Source: Candidatus Bathyarchaeota archaeon (GTDB lineage Archaea; Thermoproteota; Bathyarchaeia; Bathyarchaeales; Bathycorpusculaceae). Taken from it: a stretch of 64,000 bases of DNA. The position numbers and the translations under genes are program-made. Shown here piece after piece: positions 1 through 9,220 of this stretch (position 1 is the first letter of the stretch; each line of letters opens with the position of its first letter). Location of the stretch: the NCBI GenBank assembly GCA_963827165.1, contig CAWGZR010000005.1:736001-800000 (forward strand), read 5' to 3'. Below the pieces are notes generated by a model that worked only from the letters and a program-made list of their open reading frames with translations, had not been told where the DNA came from and searched no databases.

Positions 1-516
1 AACAAAGAACTCCTATCAGAAATGAAATCTGCGGGCTGCCAAACCATGTTTTTCGGCGTCGAATCTGGATCGCCTCGGATTCTGCAGAAACTCAACAAAG
101 GCATTGATCTGCAGGAGGTTGTGAAGGCTTTTGAGCTCTGCAGGCAAGTGGGCGTGCAGACTGTGACGTCTTTTATGCTGGGGATTCCAGGTGAAACCGT
201 CGACGACATGAACGAGACTTTCGACTTTGCTAAGAAGCTGAAGGCGGATTGGTGTCAATTCAACATCTATATAGCCTGCCCAGGCAGCGCGCTCTACGAC
301 GAAGTAATAAACAAAGGCCTCTACGATCAAATGTACGGCTATCTTGCACGGGTCAAAACCGACCAATTCGATTACGACACACTCACCACGATTCAACGCG
401 ATTTCCAGAGAAGCTTCCAGAAATCCGCCGCCCAAAACTTTATGCGGGTAGCAAAGCAAGAAGGCTTAGGAAGCGCGGTCAAGAAGAGTGCGTCGATGGT
501 TTTTCGCCGCTCATAA
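1..516 (+). CDS. B12-binding radical SAM protein, C-terminal part (5' truncated by window edge)
   Basis: Frame is open from base 1 (NKELLSEMKSAGC...). FGVESGS, FMLGIPGET and CPGSALY motifs match the class B radical SAM barrel and the neighbouring paralog. Confidence 0.85.
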   Translation, partial: NKELLSEMKSAGCQTMFFGVESGSPRILQKLNKGIDLQEVVKAFELCRQVGVQTVTSFMLGIPGETVDDMNETFDFAKKLKADWCQFNIYIACPGSALYDEVINKGLYDQMYGYLARVKTDQFDYDTLTTIQRDFQRSFQKSAAQNFMRVAKQEGLGSAVKKSASMVFRRS

Positions 517-670
517 AAGGCTTTAATCACCAGAAAAGGGTTCAAACTTTAGTTCGGTTTCTTTTTTTTAGCATTTTCAAGAGGATGCAACATCTTTGTT
601 GCCAAACTAGACAACTATATTAACGCGTGGAGTTAATCTAACTAAAATATTACGAATTTAGGGGAGAAAG

Positions 671-2107
671 ATGAAAACTCATGTAACCCTTGTGAATCCA
701 CCCTACCCCGGTCACTCATTTCCACATCCGCCTTTCCCGCCGCTGGGCATTGGCTACGTAGCCGCCGTTTTGGAGAAGAACAAATTTGTCGTCGACGTCG
801 CAGACGCCCTCGTCCTTGGAGTAAGCTACGAAGGGTTAAAACAGGAATTCCTCAAACGCAAACCAGACATCGTCGGTTGCACATGCAACACCCTAACTTA
901 CAAATCCGCCCTTGCATGCCTGAAAGCCGCCAAAGAAGCCAACCCCAAATGCATAACCGTCATCGGTGGACACCACGTCACCTTCGAAGACGAACAAGCC
1001 CTTAAAGACGAGCAGACGCTAGACCTCGTCATCCGAAACGAAGGTGAATACACTATGCTAGAGCTCGCCGAGCGGGTGGAAGCCGGCAAGGATTACCGCG
1101 ACATCATCGGCACAACTGTAAGAGGCAAAGACGGTGCAATAGTGAGGAACCCTAAAAGAGCTCACATCGAAAACCTCGATGAACTCCCATTCCCAGCCCG
1201 TCACCTATGGCCGCTGGAAGCCACCTCAAAATATGGCAAAGTAATGTTCGACATTATCGCAAGCCGCGGCTGCTCCTTTGCATGTGACTTCTGCATCGAG
1301 GTCCGCATGCACGGGCAAAAATTCCGCAAACGCAGCGTAGCAAACGTCTGCGAAGAGCTTGAACAGTGTAAGAAAGATTTCGGCGCAACATGGTTCAGCT
1401 TCGTCGACGCCGCCTTCACGGTGGACCAGCAGTTCACCTCAGACCTGTGCGACGAAATCATAAAGCGCAACCTCAACATCAACTGGGTTGCTGGAACCCG
1501 CGTAGACATGGTCACTGAAGAATTGCTCAAGAAGATGGCTAAGGCAGGCTGCAAATCCGTTTGGTACGGCGTCGAAAGCGGCGCACAAAACGTGCTTAAC
1601 GAGATGCGTAAAGGCATCACGTTGGAGCAAACCAAGAAGGCGTTCCATTGGACTGTTGATGCGGGAATGAAGCCTGACCCGAACGTTGTGTTGGGCTTCC
1701 CAGGTGAAACCAAAGAGTCCGCGTGGGCAACCATAAAGCTGTGCCAGGAAATCGCCCCATACTACATGGCGTCTTACACCATAGCTACACCATACCCAGG
1801 CACGCCGCTCTACTATCAAGTTAAAGAGAAAGGTTACCTAAAAGACACAGACTTCGACCACTACGACACAGCCACGCCAACCTTCGAAACCCCAACCATG
1901 ACCATCCAAGAACTCCGCAAACTCCGAGCAAAAGCGTGGTCAAGCTTCTACGAACGACCAAGCTACATACGAGCCATGTTCAAAAAAAGCTTCATCTACG
2001 GATTAGCCGCCATGAAAGCAGCCGCCACCTTTAGGCTCATCGACCTGCGAATGGCACTGCAACCAAACAAAGTACCGCCAAAGCCGCCTTCAAAAAGCCA
2101 CTTCTAA
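671..2107 (+). CDS. Cobalamin-binding radical SAM protein (class B methyltransferase/BchE-like; includes Grs/Gmm-type enzymes)
   Basis: N-terminal LVNPP/PPLGIGYVAAVL/GGHHVT/NEGE B12-binding domain. SRGCSFACDFC (CxxxCxxC), GVESG, GFPGET and PYPGT motifs. Confidence 0.92.
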   Translation: MKTHVTLVNPPYPGHSFPHPPFPPLGIGYVAAVLEKNKFVVDVADALVLGVSYEGLKQEFLKRKPDIVGCTCNTLTYKSALACLKAAKEANPKCITVIGGHHVTFEDEQALKDEQTLDLVIRNEGEYTMLELAERVEAGKDYRDIIGTTVRGKDGAIVRNPKRAHIENLDELPFPARHLWPLEATSKYGKVMFDIIASRGCSFACDFCIEVRMHGQKFRKRSVANVCEELEQCKKDFGATWFSFVDAAFTVDQQFTSDLCDEIIKRNLNINWVAGTRVDMVTEELLKKMAKAGCKSVWYGVESGAQNVLNEMRKGITLEQTKKAFHWTVDAGMKPDPNVVLGFPGETKESAWATIKLCQEIAPYYMASYTIATPYPGTPLYYQVKEKGYLKDTDFDHYDTATPTFETPTMTIQELRKLRAKAWSSFYERPSYIRAMFKKSFIYGLAAMKAAATFRLIDLRMALQPNKVPPKPPSKSHF

Positions 2108-2181
2108 GCGCCCGGCCAACATTTTTCTTTTCTCCGTTTCATTCTTAAGAAAGATTTCCCTTGCAAAAACAAGCTGTTTTT

Positions 2182-2478
2182 CTAAAAGGTAACGTTGATT
2201 GCATTAAGGATGTCTCGGTAAGCTTTAAGCGGGGTTTCTTTGTCATGCACGCCCTTAATCAGCATCCGTCCACCATCGAAGAGGCTTACATCCAGTTTCA
2301 CGTAATCAAACATCAAGACCATCGGCGACTTCACACGGATTTTGCAGCTTTTCTTGATTTTTTCGCAGGCATCGTTCATATTGAACTTTATGGGTTGCGC
2401 AGGAGTTATATCCGCGGTTGTTCCTCCGCACAGCCAAACGACGCTGAGGTTGCCGACAACTTCTCTTTCAACCATCAT
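2182..2478 (-). CDS. Small protein resembling the C-terminal extension domain of long ThiF/MoeB-family adenylyltransferases
   Basis: LCGG-T-I and SLFDGGRMLIKG..D......Y pattern; 98 aa. Confidence 0.5.
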   Translation of the reverse strand: MMVEREVVGNLSVVWLCGGTTADITPAQPIKFNMNDACEKIKKSCKIRVKSPMVLMFDYVKLDVSLFDGGRMLIKGVHDKETPLKAYRDILNAINVTF

Positions 2479-2573
2479 GCATCATCTCCAGCCTTGCTAT
2501 TTTAGGCGTAGGTTTACTTAATCAACATTGTCATAGAACATCTTAAAAATGGGGCGACGCAAAAAGGGGCTGG

Positions 2574-3305
2574 TTAATCTTTGGGTTTGAGGGTTGCTTC
2601 TTCCACGTCCATGTAGCAGAAGTCTCCTTCGCGGAACGGTGACCCGCCGAAATCAACGACTTTGCTTTTCTTTGTGAACTTGGTAATCTCGACCCGTTGT
2701 TTGAACAGCGGCGCATCAAGCGATGTGGAGTGGTATTCTCCTGGTTCGCCTGAAACATCGATTCCTTTGCCTGCAGGACCAACCAGCGGCTGCATGTCCT
2801 CAATGCATTTGCGGTCTATTTGCCTTGCCAGCCATTCCTCACCAAAATACCTTTTGTCGATGCAGCTGAGGATGGCTTTTACGCCTGTTGACTGCTCCAA
2901 CTCCATGATTCGTTTTCGGTGGCGATTCCCCGGAATCAGGTTTAGGGGACGGTCCCAAAGAGGCATGATAAGTTCATACCCCAGCTTCTTGCAGGCATCT
3001 TTCCAGACGCGTCGGTGGTGCACATTGTCGATGTCGCCTGTCACGATAGCTTTTGCGCCTTCTTCTTTGTGCAGGCGTTCCAGAGTTCCCATGATGTCGT
3101 CGTAGCGGTTGTCAGTGATTTTTACGAATTGGTGAGGCATGCCTAAAGCTTTGGTTTGTTGCTCGATGACTTTGAAGCTGTGGAAAACATATGGCTCCAT
3201 GTAAACGTATGTAACCAAGCAGGCCACTTCATGACCTTGCTCGACAACCTTATGTAGCGCTGTGCAGCAGTCTTTTCCGCCGCTCCAATGAACAACAACC
3301 TTCAT
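2574..3305 (-). CDS. DUF71/Dph6-like PP-loop ATP pyrophosphatase (divergent copy)
   Basis: WSGGKDC PP-loop, TGDI, PLW and GEPGEYHS motifs. Confidence 0.88.
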   Translation of the reverse strand: MKVVVHWSGGKDCCTALHKVVEQGHEVACLVTYVYMEPYVFHSFKVIEQQTKALGMPHQFVKITDNRYDDIMGTLERLHKEEGAKAIVTGDIDNVHHRRVWKDACKKLGYELIMPLWDRPLNLIPGNRHRKRIMELEQSTGVKAILSCIDKRYFGEEWLARQIDRKCIEDMQPLVGPAGKGIDVSGEPGEYHSTSLDAPLFKQRVEITKFTKKSKVVDFGGSPFREGDFCYMDVEEATLKPKD

Positions 3306-3647
3306 TTTTGTTTAACACCTAAGGTTAATTTTGGGTCTATTGAAATATGCATAAAATGGCCGAGACCTAATAAGCATTTACAGAAACGGCTTCAAATGAA
3401 CTTAAGATGTAAACTAGCTATTTTCCCCGATTTTCCTAAGGGTTAAGCTTTTCGTGTGGTGGAGTCGTGTTCACAATTATTAAACAGCGTCGTGACTATA
3501 TCATCAGCTTTTAAGGCAAAGTAGGAAAACATTCTTGAAAGAAACTTTTACCACCAACCATTAACTGCAGTCTCAGACGACCAAAATTATCTTACTGTTA
3601 GCAATAATTGAATCCATTTCATGGTTTCTTGGCTTAAAACTAATTTG

Positions 3648-4760
3648 TCACTTTTCAAGTATCTGTTTTATTGCTCGTACGAGTTTTTGATTGTCTTTTG
3701 CTGAGCGGACTGTGACTCTGAAGTATTTGTCGTCCAAGCCCATGAATGTGCAGCAATCTCGAATCAGCATCAGTTGCGTAGTCAATGCGTCCTTCAGCTT
3801 GGTGGAGGTCACTTTGCCGTTTTGAATTTTTATAAGCAGGAAGTTTGTCACGGACGGGTAAACGTGTAAGCCTTCGATTTCGCCGAGGCTTTTAGCAAGA
3901 GTTTCTCTTTCTTTGGCTATTGTCTTTTTGGTGTTTTCGATGAATTCTGTGTCACTGAACGCCGCAAGAGTTGCGCAACTTGCGAGGCTATTGATGCTCC
4001 AAGGCAACCTGACATTCTCCAGTTTCCCAACCATGTTCGGCGCTGCTAATCCGTAGCCTAATCGTATGCCTGCCATGCCGTAGAACTTTGTAACTGACCT
4101 AATCACAAAAAGGTTGTCGTATTCTTTCACCATGCCTGCCATAGTGGTTTCTTCCCCTTTGTCGGCAAATTCTATGTAGTTTTCGTCTACGCTGAATATT
4201 ACGTCTTTTTTGTGGCAGAAGTCGACCAGCTCCAACACTTCCTCCATAGTGTACAGTCTTCCCGATGGGCTGTGTGGGTTGCAGATGGAGAGGATTTTTG
4301 TTTCAGGTGTTATTGCCTGCTTTATTTTTTCGTTGTCCATGGCAAATCCGTCTCGTAGCTGAAGAAAGTTAACTTCGCTTCCAACTCGCAGTGCTGCCTT
4401 CTCGTACTCGCTGAAGGATGGAATCGGAATTAGCGCCTTGAATCCTCGAGGCAAAATCTCAGTGATGGCGTAGATAAGCTCAATTGAGCCGTCTCCTAAA
4501 ACGACATTTTCTTCCTCGACGCCGTGCCCGACATATTTGGCTATTTCCGCTTTGAACTCGACGGGGTTTGGGTCAGGATAGAACTTTATGAGTTTCGCCT
4601 GCTCTCTCACGGCTTCGACGGCTTTGGGTGATGGTCCGAGGAAATTTATGGGTCCGCTGAACTCTAAGACTTCTTCAATGGGTACTTTGTATTTTCGACT
4701 GAAGCCCCAGATGTCTCCGCCGTGACTGACGAATCTGCGTTCTCTACATTGACCCTGCAA
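3648..4760 (-). CDS. cobD: L-threonine-O-3-phosphate decarboxylase CobD (PLP fold I; HisC-like)
   Basis: N-terminal HGGD typical of CobD, NPHSPSG, VDENY and RSVTKFYGMAGIRLGY (PLP lysine); cob gene context. Confidence 0.75.
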   Translation of the reverse strand: MQGQCRERRFVSHGGDIWGFSRKYKVPIEEVLEFSGPINFLGPSPKAVEAVREQAKLIKFYPDPNPVEFKAEIAKYVGHGVEEENVVLGDGSIELIYAITEILPRGFKALIPIPSFSEYEKAALRVGSEVNFLQLRDGFAMDNEKIKQAITPETKILSICNPHSPSGRLYTMEEVLELVDFCHKKDVIFSVDENYIEFADKGEETTMAGMVKEYDNLFVIRSVTKFYGMAGIRLGYGLAAPNMVGKLENVRLPWSINSLASCATLAAFSDTEFIENTKKTIAKERETLAKSLGEIEGLHVYPSVTNFLLIKIQNGKVTSTKLKDALTTQLMLIRDCCTFMGLDDKYFRVTVRSAKDNQKLVRAIKQILEK

Positions 4761-5298
4761 CTTTCTCTTCCTCCATCAACCTTGAGATTTCTTTTTCCAC
4801 TACAACATGAGCCTTAAAGTGAGCATTATACAGGTTTACAACCTTGTATAGCCAGTAGATTCCGCCCACTCCGAGCGTAACAATTGTGATTAGAACATAT
4901 GTTTTTATCGGTATCGTCTGAGGCATGAACATCCGCTCTGGAAAAGCAGAAGCCAGAAAAGCATCTTGGTTCCGTTCATGTAAAAGCAAATCCTTAGACA
5001 ACATGTAAGTGATGATGAAAGCAGGGATAATCAGTATTATGCTGACCGCCCACGCCCTAGAGTTCCTTTCAGGGAAAACCGCACTTGCAGGAGGTGCCTG
5101 CCTCCCATTGCCTTTGAGGTAATCAATAACCTTTTTCTCCAAGTCAGCTTCGCGTTCAAAATGTTTGTTCCTGCCTTCAAGCAAGCGGTGGAACATTGGG
5201 AAAAAAGCGATCCCAAAAGTCACGATTGCCGACAGAAACCACATGGAAAACCAAACTTTCCTGTCGCCGTTCAATTTGTTTTGCGATGCGGTTTCCAT
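4744..5298 (-). CDS. DUF4234-like membrane protein
   Basis: Repeated 'IVTFGI/IVTLGV...YW...N.H' hydrophobic segments. Confidence 0.6.
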   Translation of the reverse strand: METASQNKLNGDRKVWFSMWFLSAIVTFGIAFFPMFHRLLEGRNKHFEREADLEKKVIDYLKGNGRQAPPASAVFPERNSRAWAVSIILIIPAFIITYMLSKDLLLHERNQDAFLASAFPERMFMPQTIPIKTYVLITIVTLGVGGIYWLYKVVNLYNAHFKAHVVVEKEISRLMEEEKVAGSM

Positions 5299-5394
5299 TT
5301 TAAGTTACTTTCCGTTTGGCTGCTTAAAAGGTTGGAGCACCCAAACTTTATAAGGTCTTCCATTGGCATCTAAGAATAAACTGGGCGAGGGGAA

Positions 5395-6078
5395 ATGCTG
5401 CTTTCCATAATAATTCCCGTGCACAACGAGGAATTAACGGTAGGCGACATTATCGACCGCGTAAAAGCAGCAGCAAAGCAGACGGGTTTGCAGACGGAAA
5501 TCATTGTTGTGGATGATCATTCTTGTGACAGATCCCTCGCCGTTGCTGAGAAAAAAGGCGTTAGGCTTTACTCGCTTAAGCAACATCTTGGCAAAGGCTA
5601 TGCGTTGCGTGCAGGCTTCGCTAAAGCAAGCGGAGACGTGATAGTCACCATCGACTCGGACGGTAGCCACATGCCTGAAGAACTCTCTGAGATATTAAGG
5701 CCGATCCTTCGTGATCAAGCGGACCTCGTCATCGGATCAAGATATATGAACCACAAGCGGGTGTCAGCACGCAGGCTAAATGCATTCGGTGTACGCATGT
5801 TCAACTACTTCATCCAGCTGTTCACAGGTGTAGCCATCACCGATTCTCAGTCAGGTTACCGCGCCATGACACAGAAAGTCCTTAGAAGCCAAAAGCTCTA
5901 CTCTGGCGAGTACGAAATAGAATCTGAAATGCTGGTTAAAACCGCCAAAAAAAAATTCCGCATCGCCGAGGTTCCCATCAGTTTTGAGCAGAGAACCTAC
6001 GGCAGATCGGGCGTTGATCCCCTGTGGGACGGCTCAAAAATCTTGTTCTGGATAATAATGGCAAGTACGAAGGGTTAG
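5395..6078 (+). CDS. GT2 glycosyltransferase (Dol-P-sugar synthase/DPM1-like)
   Basis: IIIPVHNE, VDDHSCD, GKGYA, DSDGSH, GSRY and DSQSGYR motifs. Confidence 0.92.
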   Translation: MLLSIIIPVHNEELTVGDIIDRVKAAAKQTGLQTEIIVVDDHSCDRSLAVAEKKGVRLYSLKQHLGKGYALRAGFAKASGDVIVTIDSDGSHMPEELSEILRPILRDQADLVIGSRYMNHKRVSARRLNAFGVRMFNYFIQLFTGVAITDSQSGYRAMTQKVLRSQKLYSGEYEIESEMLVKTAKKKFRIAEVPISFEQRTYGRSGVDPLWDGSKILFWIIMASTKG

Positions 6079-6080
6079 CC

Positions 6081-7073
6081 GTGGACGACGAAGCGTTACC
6101 TAAAGTTTCAATCATAGTTGCTTCATACAATAACGAGCAAACCATCGAGGAATGCCTCAAATCCGTCTTGGCCCTCGATTACCCCGCAAGCTCAATCGAA
6201 GTAATCGTGATGGACGGCGCCTCAAAGGACGCCACAGTGAAAAAGGCGCAGCAATACCCCATTAAAGTGGTCTCAATCCGCCTGAACGCGCCTGCCGCTT
6301 ACAACTACGCTATGAAAAACGTCGCGACAAACCAGATTTTAGGTTTCATCGACTCAGACGCGAAAGTCGAGCCCCAATGGCTGCGAAAACTTGTTCCCCG
6401 CTTAAGAGAACCACAAATTGCAGGGGTAAGCGGCAGCATAGAAACCTGGAACGTCGAAAACCCATGGGCCAGAAGCATCGGGTACGAACTCAAAAACCGC
6501 TACCAACGCATAGGCAAATATACGAACCGCATCGCTACCATGAATCTGCTCCTCAAAAAGGCAGTTATCGAGGAAGCTGGCGGTTGGGATGAGAATTTGC
6601 CGAGTCAGTACGATACGGATTTGGGTTTTCGTTTGAGTGCCAAAGGCTACAGGATCGCTTATGAACCAAGTGCGGTTTGTTATCACTACAATAGACCGAC
6701 GCTTACGTCTTACTACAGGCAGCAGCTCCAATATGGGAAGAACACTTTGAAGCTGTATTTCAAACATGGCGGTTTAGCGAAGGGCGATGAAATCACGGAT
6801 TTTGGGATGAACATTCAGCCCGTCCTCATTTTGGCGGTCATTGTCTTTTTCCTTGTAGGGATCGTCCCACCTGTAAGGCTTCTCTGGGCTGGCTCAGCTT
6901 TAATTATAGTCATAATGATTCTCTATTTCAATTATTGTGCGACTCGAATCGTCGTCAAATTCCATGACGCAAACGCTTTCCGTTTGGTTGTCTTGTATTT
7001 TGTTCGTGCATGGGCTTGGTTTGTCGGCGCAACAATAACCACCATTCTGTACGTTGCTGGGAGGCGTAAATGA
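6081..7073 (+). CDS. GT2 glycosyltransferase with C-terminal membrane helices
   Basis: VSIIVASYN, DGASKD, FIDSD, GGWDE, YDTDL and RQQLQY motifs. Probable GTG start at 6081 (ORF track starts at 6024). Confidence 0.9.
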   Translation: MDDEALPKVSIIVASYNNEQTIEECLKSVLALDYPASSIEVIVMDGASKDATVKKAQQYPIKVVSIRLNAPAAYNYAMKNVATNQILGFIDSDAKVEPQWLRKLVPRLREPQIAGVSGSIETWNVENPWARSIGYELKNRYQRIGKYTNRIATMNLLLKKAVIEEAGGWDENLPSQYDTDLGFRLSAKGYRIAYEPSAVCYHYNRPTLTSYYRQQLQYGKNTLKLYFKHGGLAKGDEITDFGMNIQPVLILAVIVFFLVGIVPPVRLLWAGSALIIVIMILYFNYCATRIVVKFHDANAFRLVVLYFVRAWAWFVGATITTILYVAGRRK

Positions 7074-8269
7074 TTCCCCCTAAGGTTTGCTTCATCTCGC
7101 CCGAGTATTGGCCTCTCACAGGAGGCACAGGCTCCTACGTCTACTACCTTTCCAACGAACTCCTCAAGAACGGCTACAAAATCTATGTTGTCACGGCAGG
7201 TAACCAAGCCCAAGACATCCAAGTCAACCCGCGACTAAACGTCTCTTTCCTTAAAATTCCCAAAACCCCCATTGTCAAATCGTTTATGCTTGCGGGCGCA
7301 AGCCACAGAAAACTCCAAAGTGTCCGCGACACCGCCGGCGTAGATGTCACCCATCCGCAGCTCCCGTTAACACCAAATTTTGCGGTGCCACCTAAATTTG
7401 GCAAAACCCTTGTATGCACTGTGCATTCAACGTGGAAAGGTGAAGCGGAAGCCATCCGAGGTGAACCTTACAGCCGCTTAAACGCCAACGAAAAGTTTCT
7501 TGTGAGTTTCAACAGATTTTTGAGGTTTTTTGAAGAAGGCATGCTTCATCGTGCACGAAGAATCATCGCGGTAAGCCACTTCACGAAATGGGAACTAACA
7601 ACCTACTATAAGATTCCTCCGAGCAAAATCCAAGTCATACACAACGGTGTTGACACGCGAAAGTTTCAACCAACCTCGGACAAACGCAAAGTCAAGCAGG
7701 AACTCGGATTCAACCCCGACGACTTGGCCATCGTATCAGTCGGCAGGCTCTACGCACGCAAAGGCTTATTTACGCTCATCGATAGCATGCCAACCGTCGT
7801 CAAAAGTTTCCCAAACGCGAAATTCATCGTTTCAGGCAAGGGACAAAGCGACGAAATGCACAAACTCACCGCCTATGCCGAGAAAATCGGGATGAGAGAC
7901 AACTTGGTTTTCACTGGTTACTATCCTGACAAGAAGTTGCCCCTGCTCTATCAAGCCGCAGATGTATTCGCTTTCAGCACCTTCTACGAACATCACCCCT
8001 TCGCAGTATTGGAAGCGCTTTCCACAGGTTTACCCGTAGTGACGACTCGTGTCGGCGGAATCTCCGAAACTATACAAAACGGCAAAAACGGCTTTTTAGT
8101 CGAGCCGTTCAAACCAAAGCAGTTCGCTGACAGAATCCTCTACCTCCTGGAGCATCCCGCGGAGGCCAAGGAAATGGGGGCGCTTGCGAGAAAAACTGTT
8201 CTTGATGAATATGATTGGCGAATAGTCGTCAAAGATGCCATGAAAGTATACGATAAAGCGCTGAGCTAA
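7070..8269 (+). CDS. GT4 (GT-B) glycosyltransferase
   Basis: PEYWP..GG, AVSH, HNGVD, VGRL..RKG and EHHPFAVLEA motifs. Confidence 0.92.
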   Translation: MIPPKVCFISPEYWPLTGGTGSYVYYLSNELLKNGYKIYVVTAGNQAQDIQVNPRLNVSFLKIPKTPIVKSFMLAGASHRKLQSVRDTAGVDVTHPQLPLTPNFAVPPKFGKTLVCTVHSTWKGEAEAIRGEPYSRLNANEKFLVSFNRFLRFFEEGMLHRARRIIAVSHFTKWELTTYYKIPPSKIQVIHNGVDTRKFQPTSDKRKVKQELGFNPDDLAIVSVGRLYARKGLFTLIDSMPTVVKSFPNAKFIVSGKGQSDEMHKLTAYAEKIGMRDNLVFTGYYPDKKLPLLYQAADVFAFSTFYEHHPFAVLEALSTGLPVVTTRVGGISETIQNGKNGFLVEPFKPKQFADRILYLLEHPAEAKEMGALARKTVLDEYDWRIVVKDAMKVYDKALS

Positions 8270-9216
8270 GCGATTTGAACTGGCTCTTTTCTATATGCCA
8301 TCGTGACCTTCTGGAACAGCTTAACAATATCAAGCGAGCAAAAAAAGAATTTCGTAAGTAACTCATGCTGATAAATCATCATTTGCGCTTTCACTGGTAA
8401 ATCGATCCTAGGCGGCTCAAACCTGTGTTTAACAGTGGCAATAGGCAAACCTTCAAGTCTGATGTCGTCTTCGGCCATGCTCGTTTTGTCGGCAATGTAG
8501 CCGAGATAGGTTTCTTTCCAGTTTAGCCGCATGATTTTGGCGGCTGTAACATCAACTGCTAAAGCGTCGTTGCCAATCAGCATCAACCCCATCTTGACCG
8601 GTTTGCCTTTGGTGGGTCCGTTGCCTTCGATTCCAACTCTTGCATCCATAATTGTCAGTTGCGGTTTGAACAATGTGTAGAGGCGGTAGAAGACTTCAGG
8701 CAAGAATGGATGCAGGTAGATGCGTTTGTTGCTAGGTACGCAGCCAAAGAGGTTTTTGACTGCGCCGCTATAAGCCATAAATTCATGCGTCTTCATTAAA
8801 GGCAAATCCACCACAGCGTCGGCTTCTAGGACGGTTTTGGGTAGGAACAGCCGCTTCAATGGAGTGTTGCTTTGAAATTTTACTTCGACGACTTTGTCTT
8901 CGGAGAGATTTATGACACTGCCGCCTCCAGCTTCCACTGCGGCTTGTACGCCTGTTTTATCGAACGCCGTCCAGCAGGGATAGTTAAACCCATTAGATTC
9001 ACCCACGAGGACCTCGCTGTTGCCGTCACGGAGCAAGCCGACGAGCTGTTTCATCAGCTCTGGGCTTGTCACGACACCCGGCAGGTATTCGGGGTGGCTT
9101 AAGTTAGGTTTTATGAAAATTTTTCCCTTACCTCCCAACCCAGATTTAGCGACGGCTTCCTTAACGATCTGGCTTATGTCATCTGTTGCACGGGAAATCT
9201 TAACGGTTTTCTGCAT
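8266..9216 (-). CDS. DUF362 family protein
   Basis: IKPNL, VGES, PLMKTH, AVKNLFG and GIEGNGP motifs. ATG at 9216 lies just downstream of the radical SAM stop. Confidence 0.85.
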   Translation of the reverse strand: MQKTVKISRATDDISQIVKEAVAKSGLGGKGKIFIKPNLSHPEYLPGVVTSPELMKQLVGLLRDGNSEVLVGESNGFNYPCWTAFDKTGVQAAVEAGGGSVINLSEDKVVEVKFQSNTPLKRLFLPKTVLEADAVVDLPLMKTHEFMAYSGAVKNLFGCVPSNKRIYLHPFLPEVFYRLYTLFKPQLTIMDARVGIEGNGPTKGKPVKMGLMLIGNDALAVDVTAAKIMRLNWKETYLGYIADKTSMAEDDIRLEGLPIATVKHRFEPPRIDLPVKAQMMIYQHELLTKFFFCSLDIVKLFQKVTMAYRKEPVQIA

Positions 9217-9220
9217 TTGT

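Noticed and set aside
3306-3647. Riboswitch or ncRNA between cobD and DUF71
   Set aside because: No conserved motif or convincing stem seen; consistent with promoter/terminator DNA.
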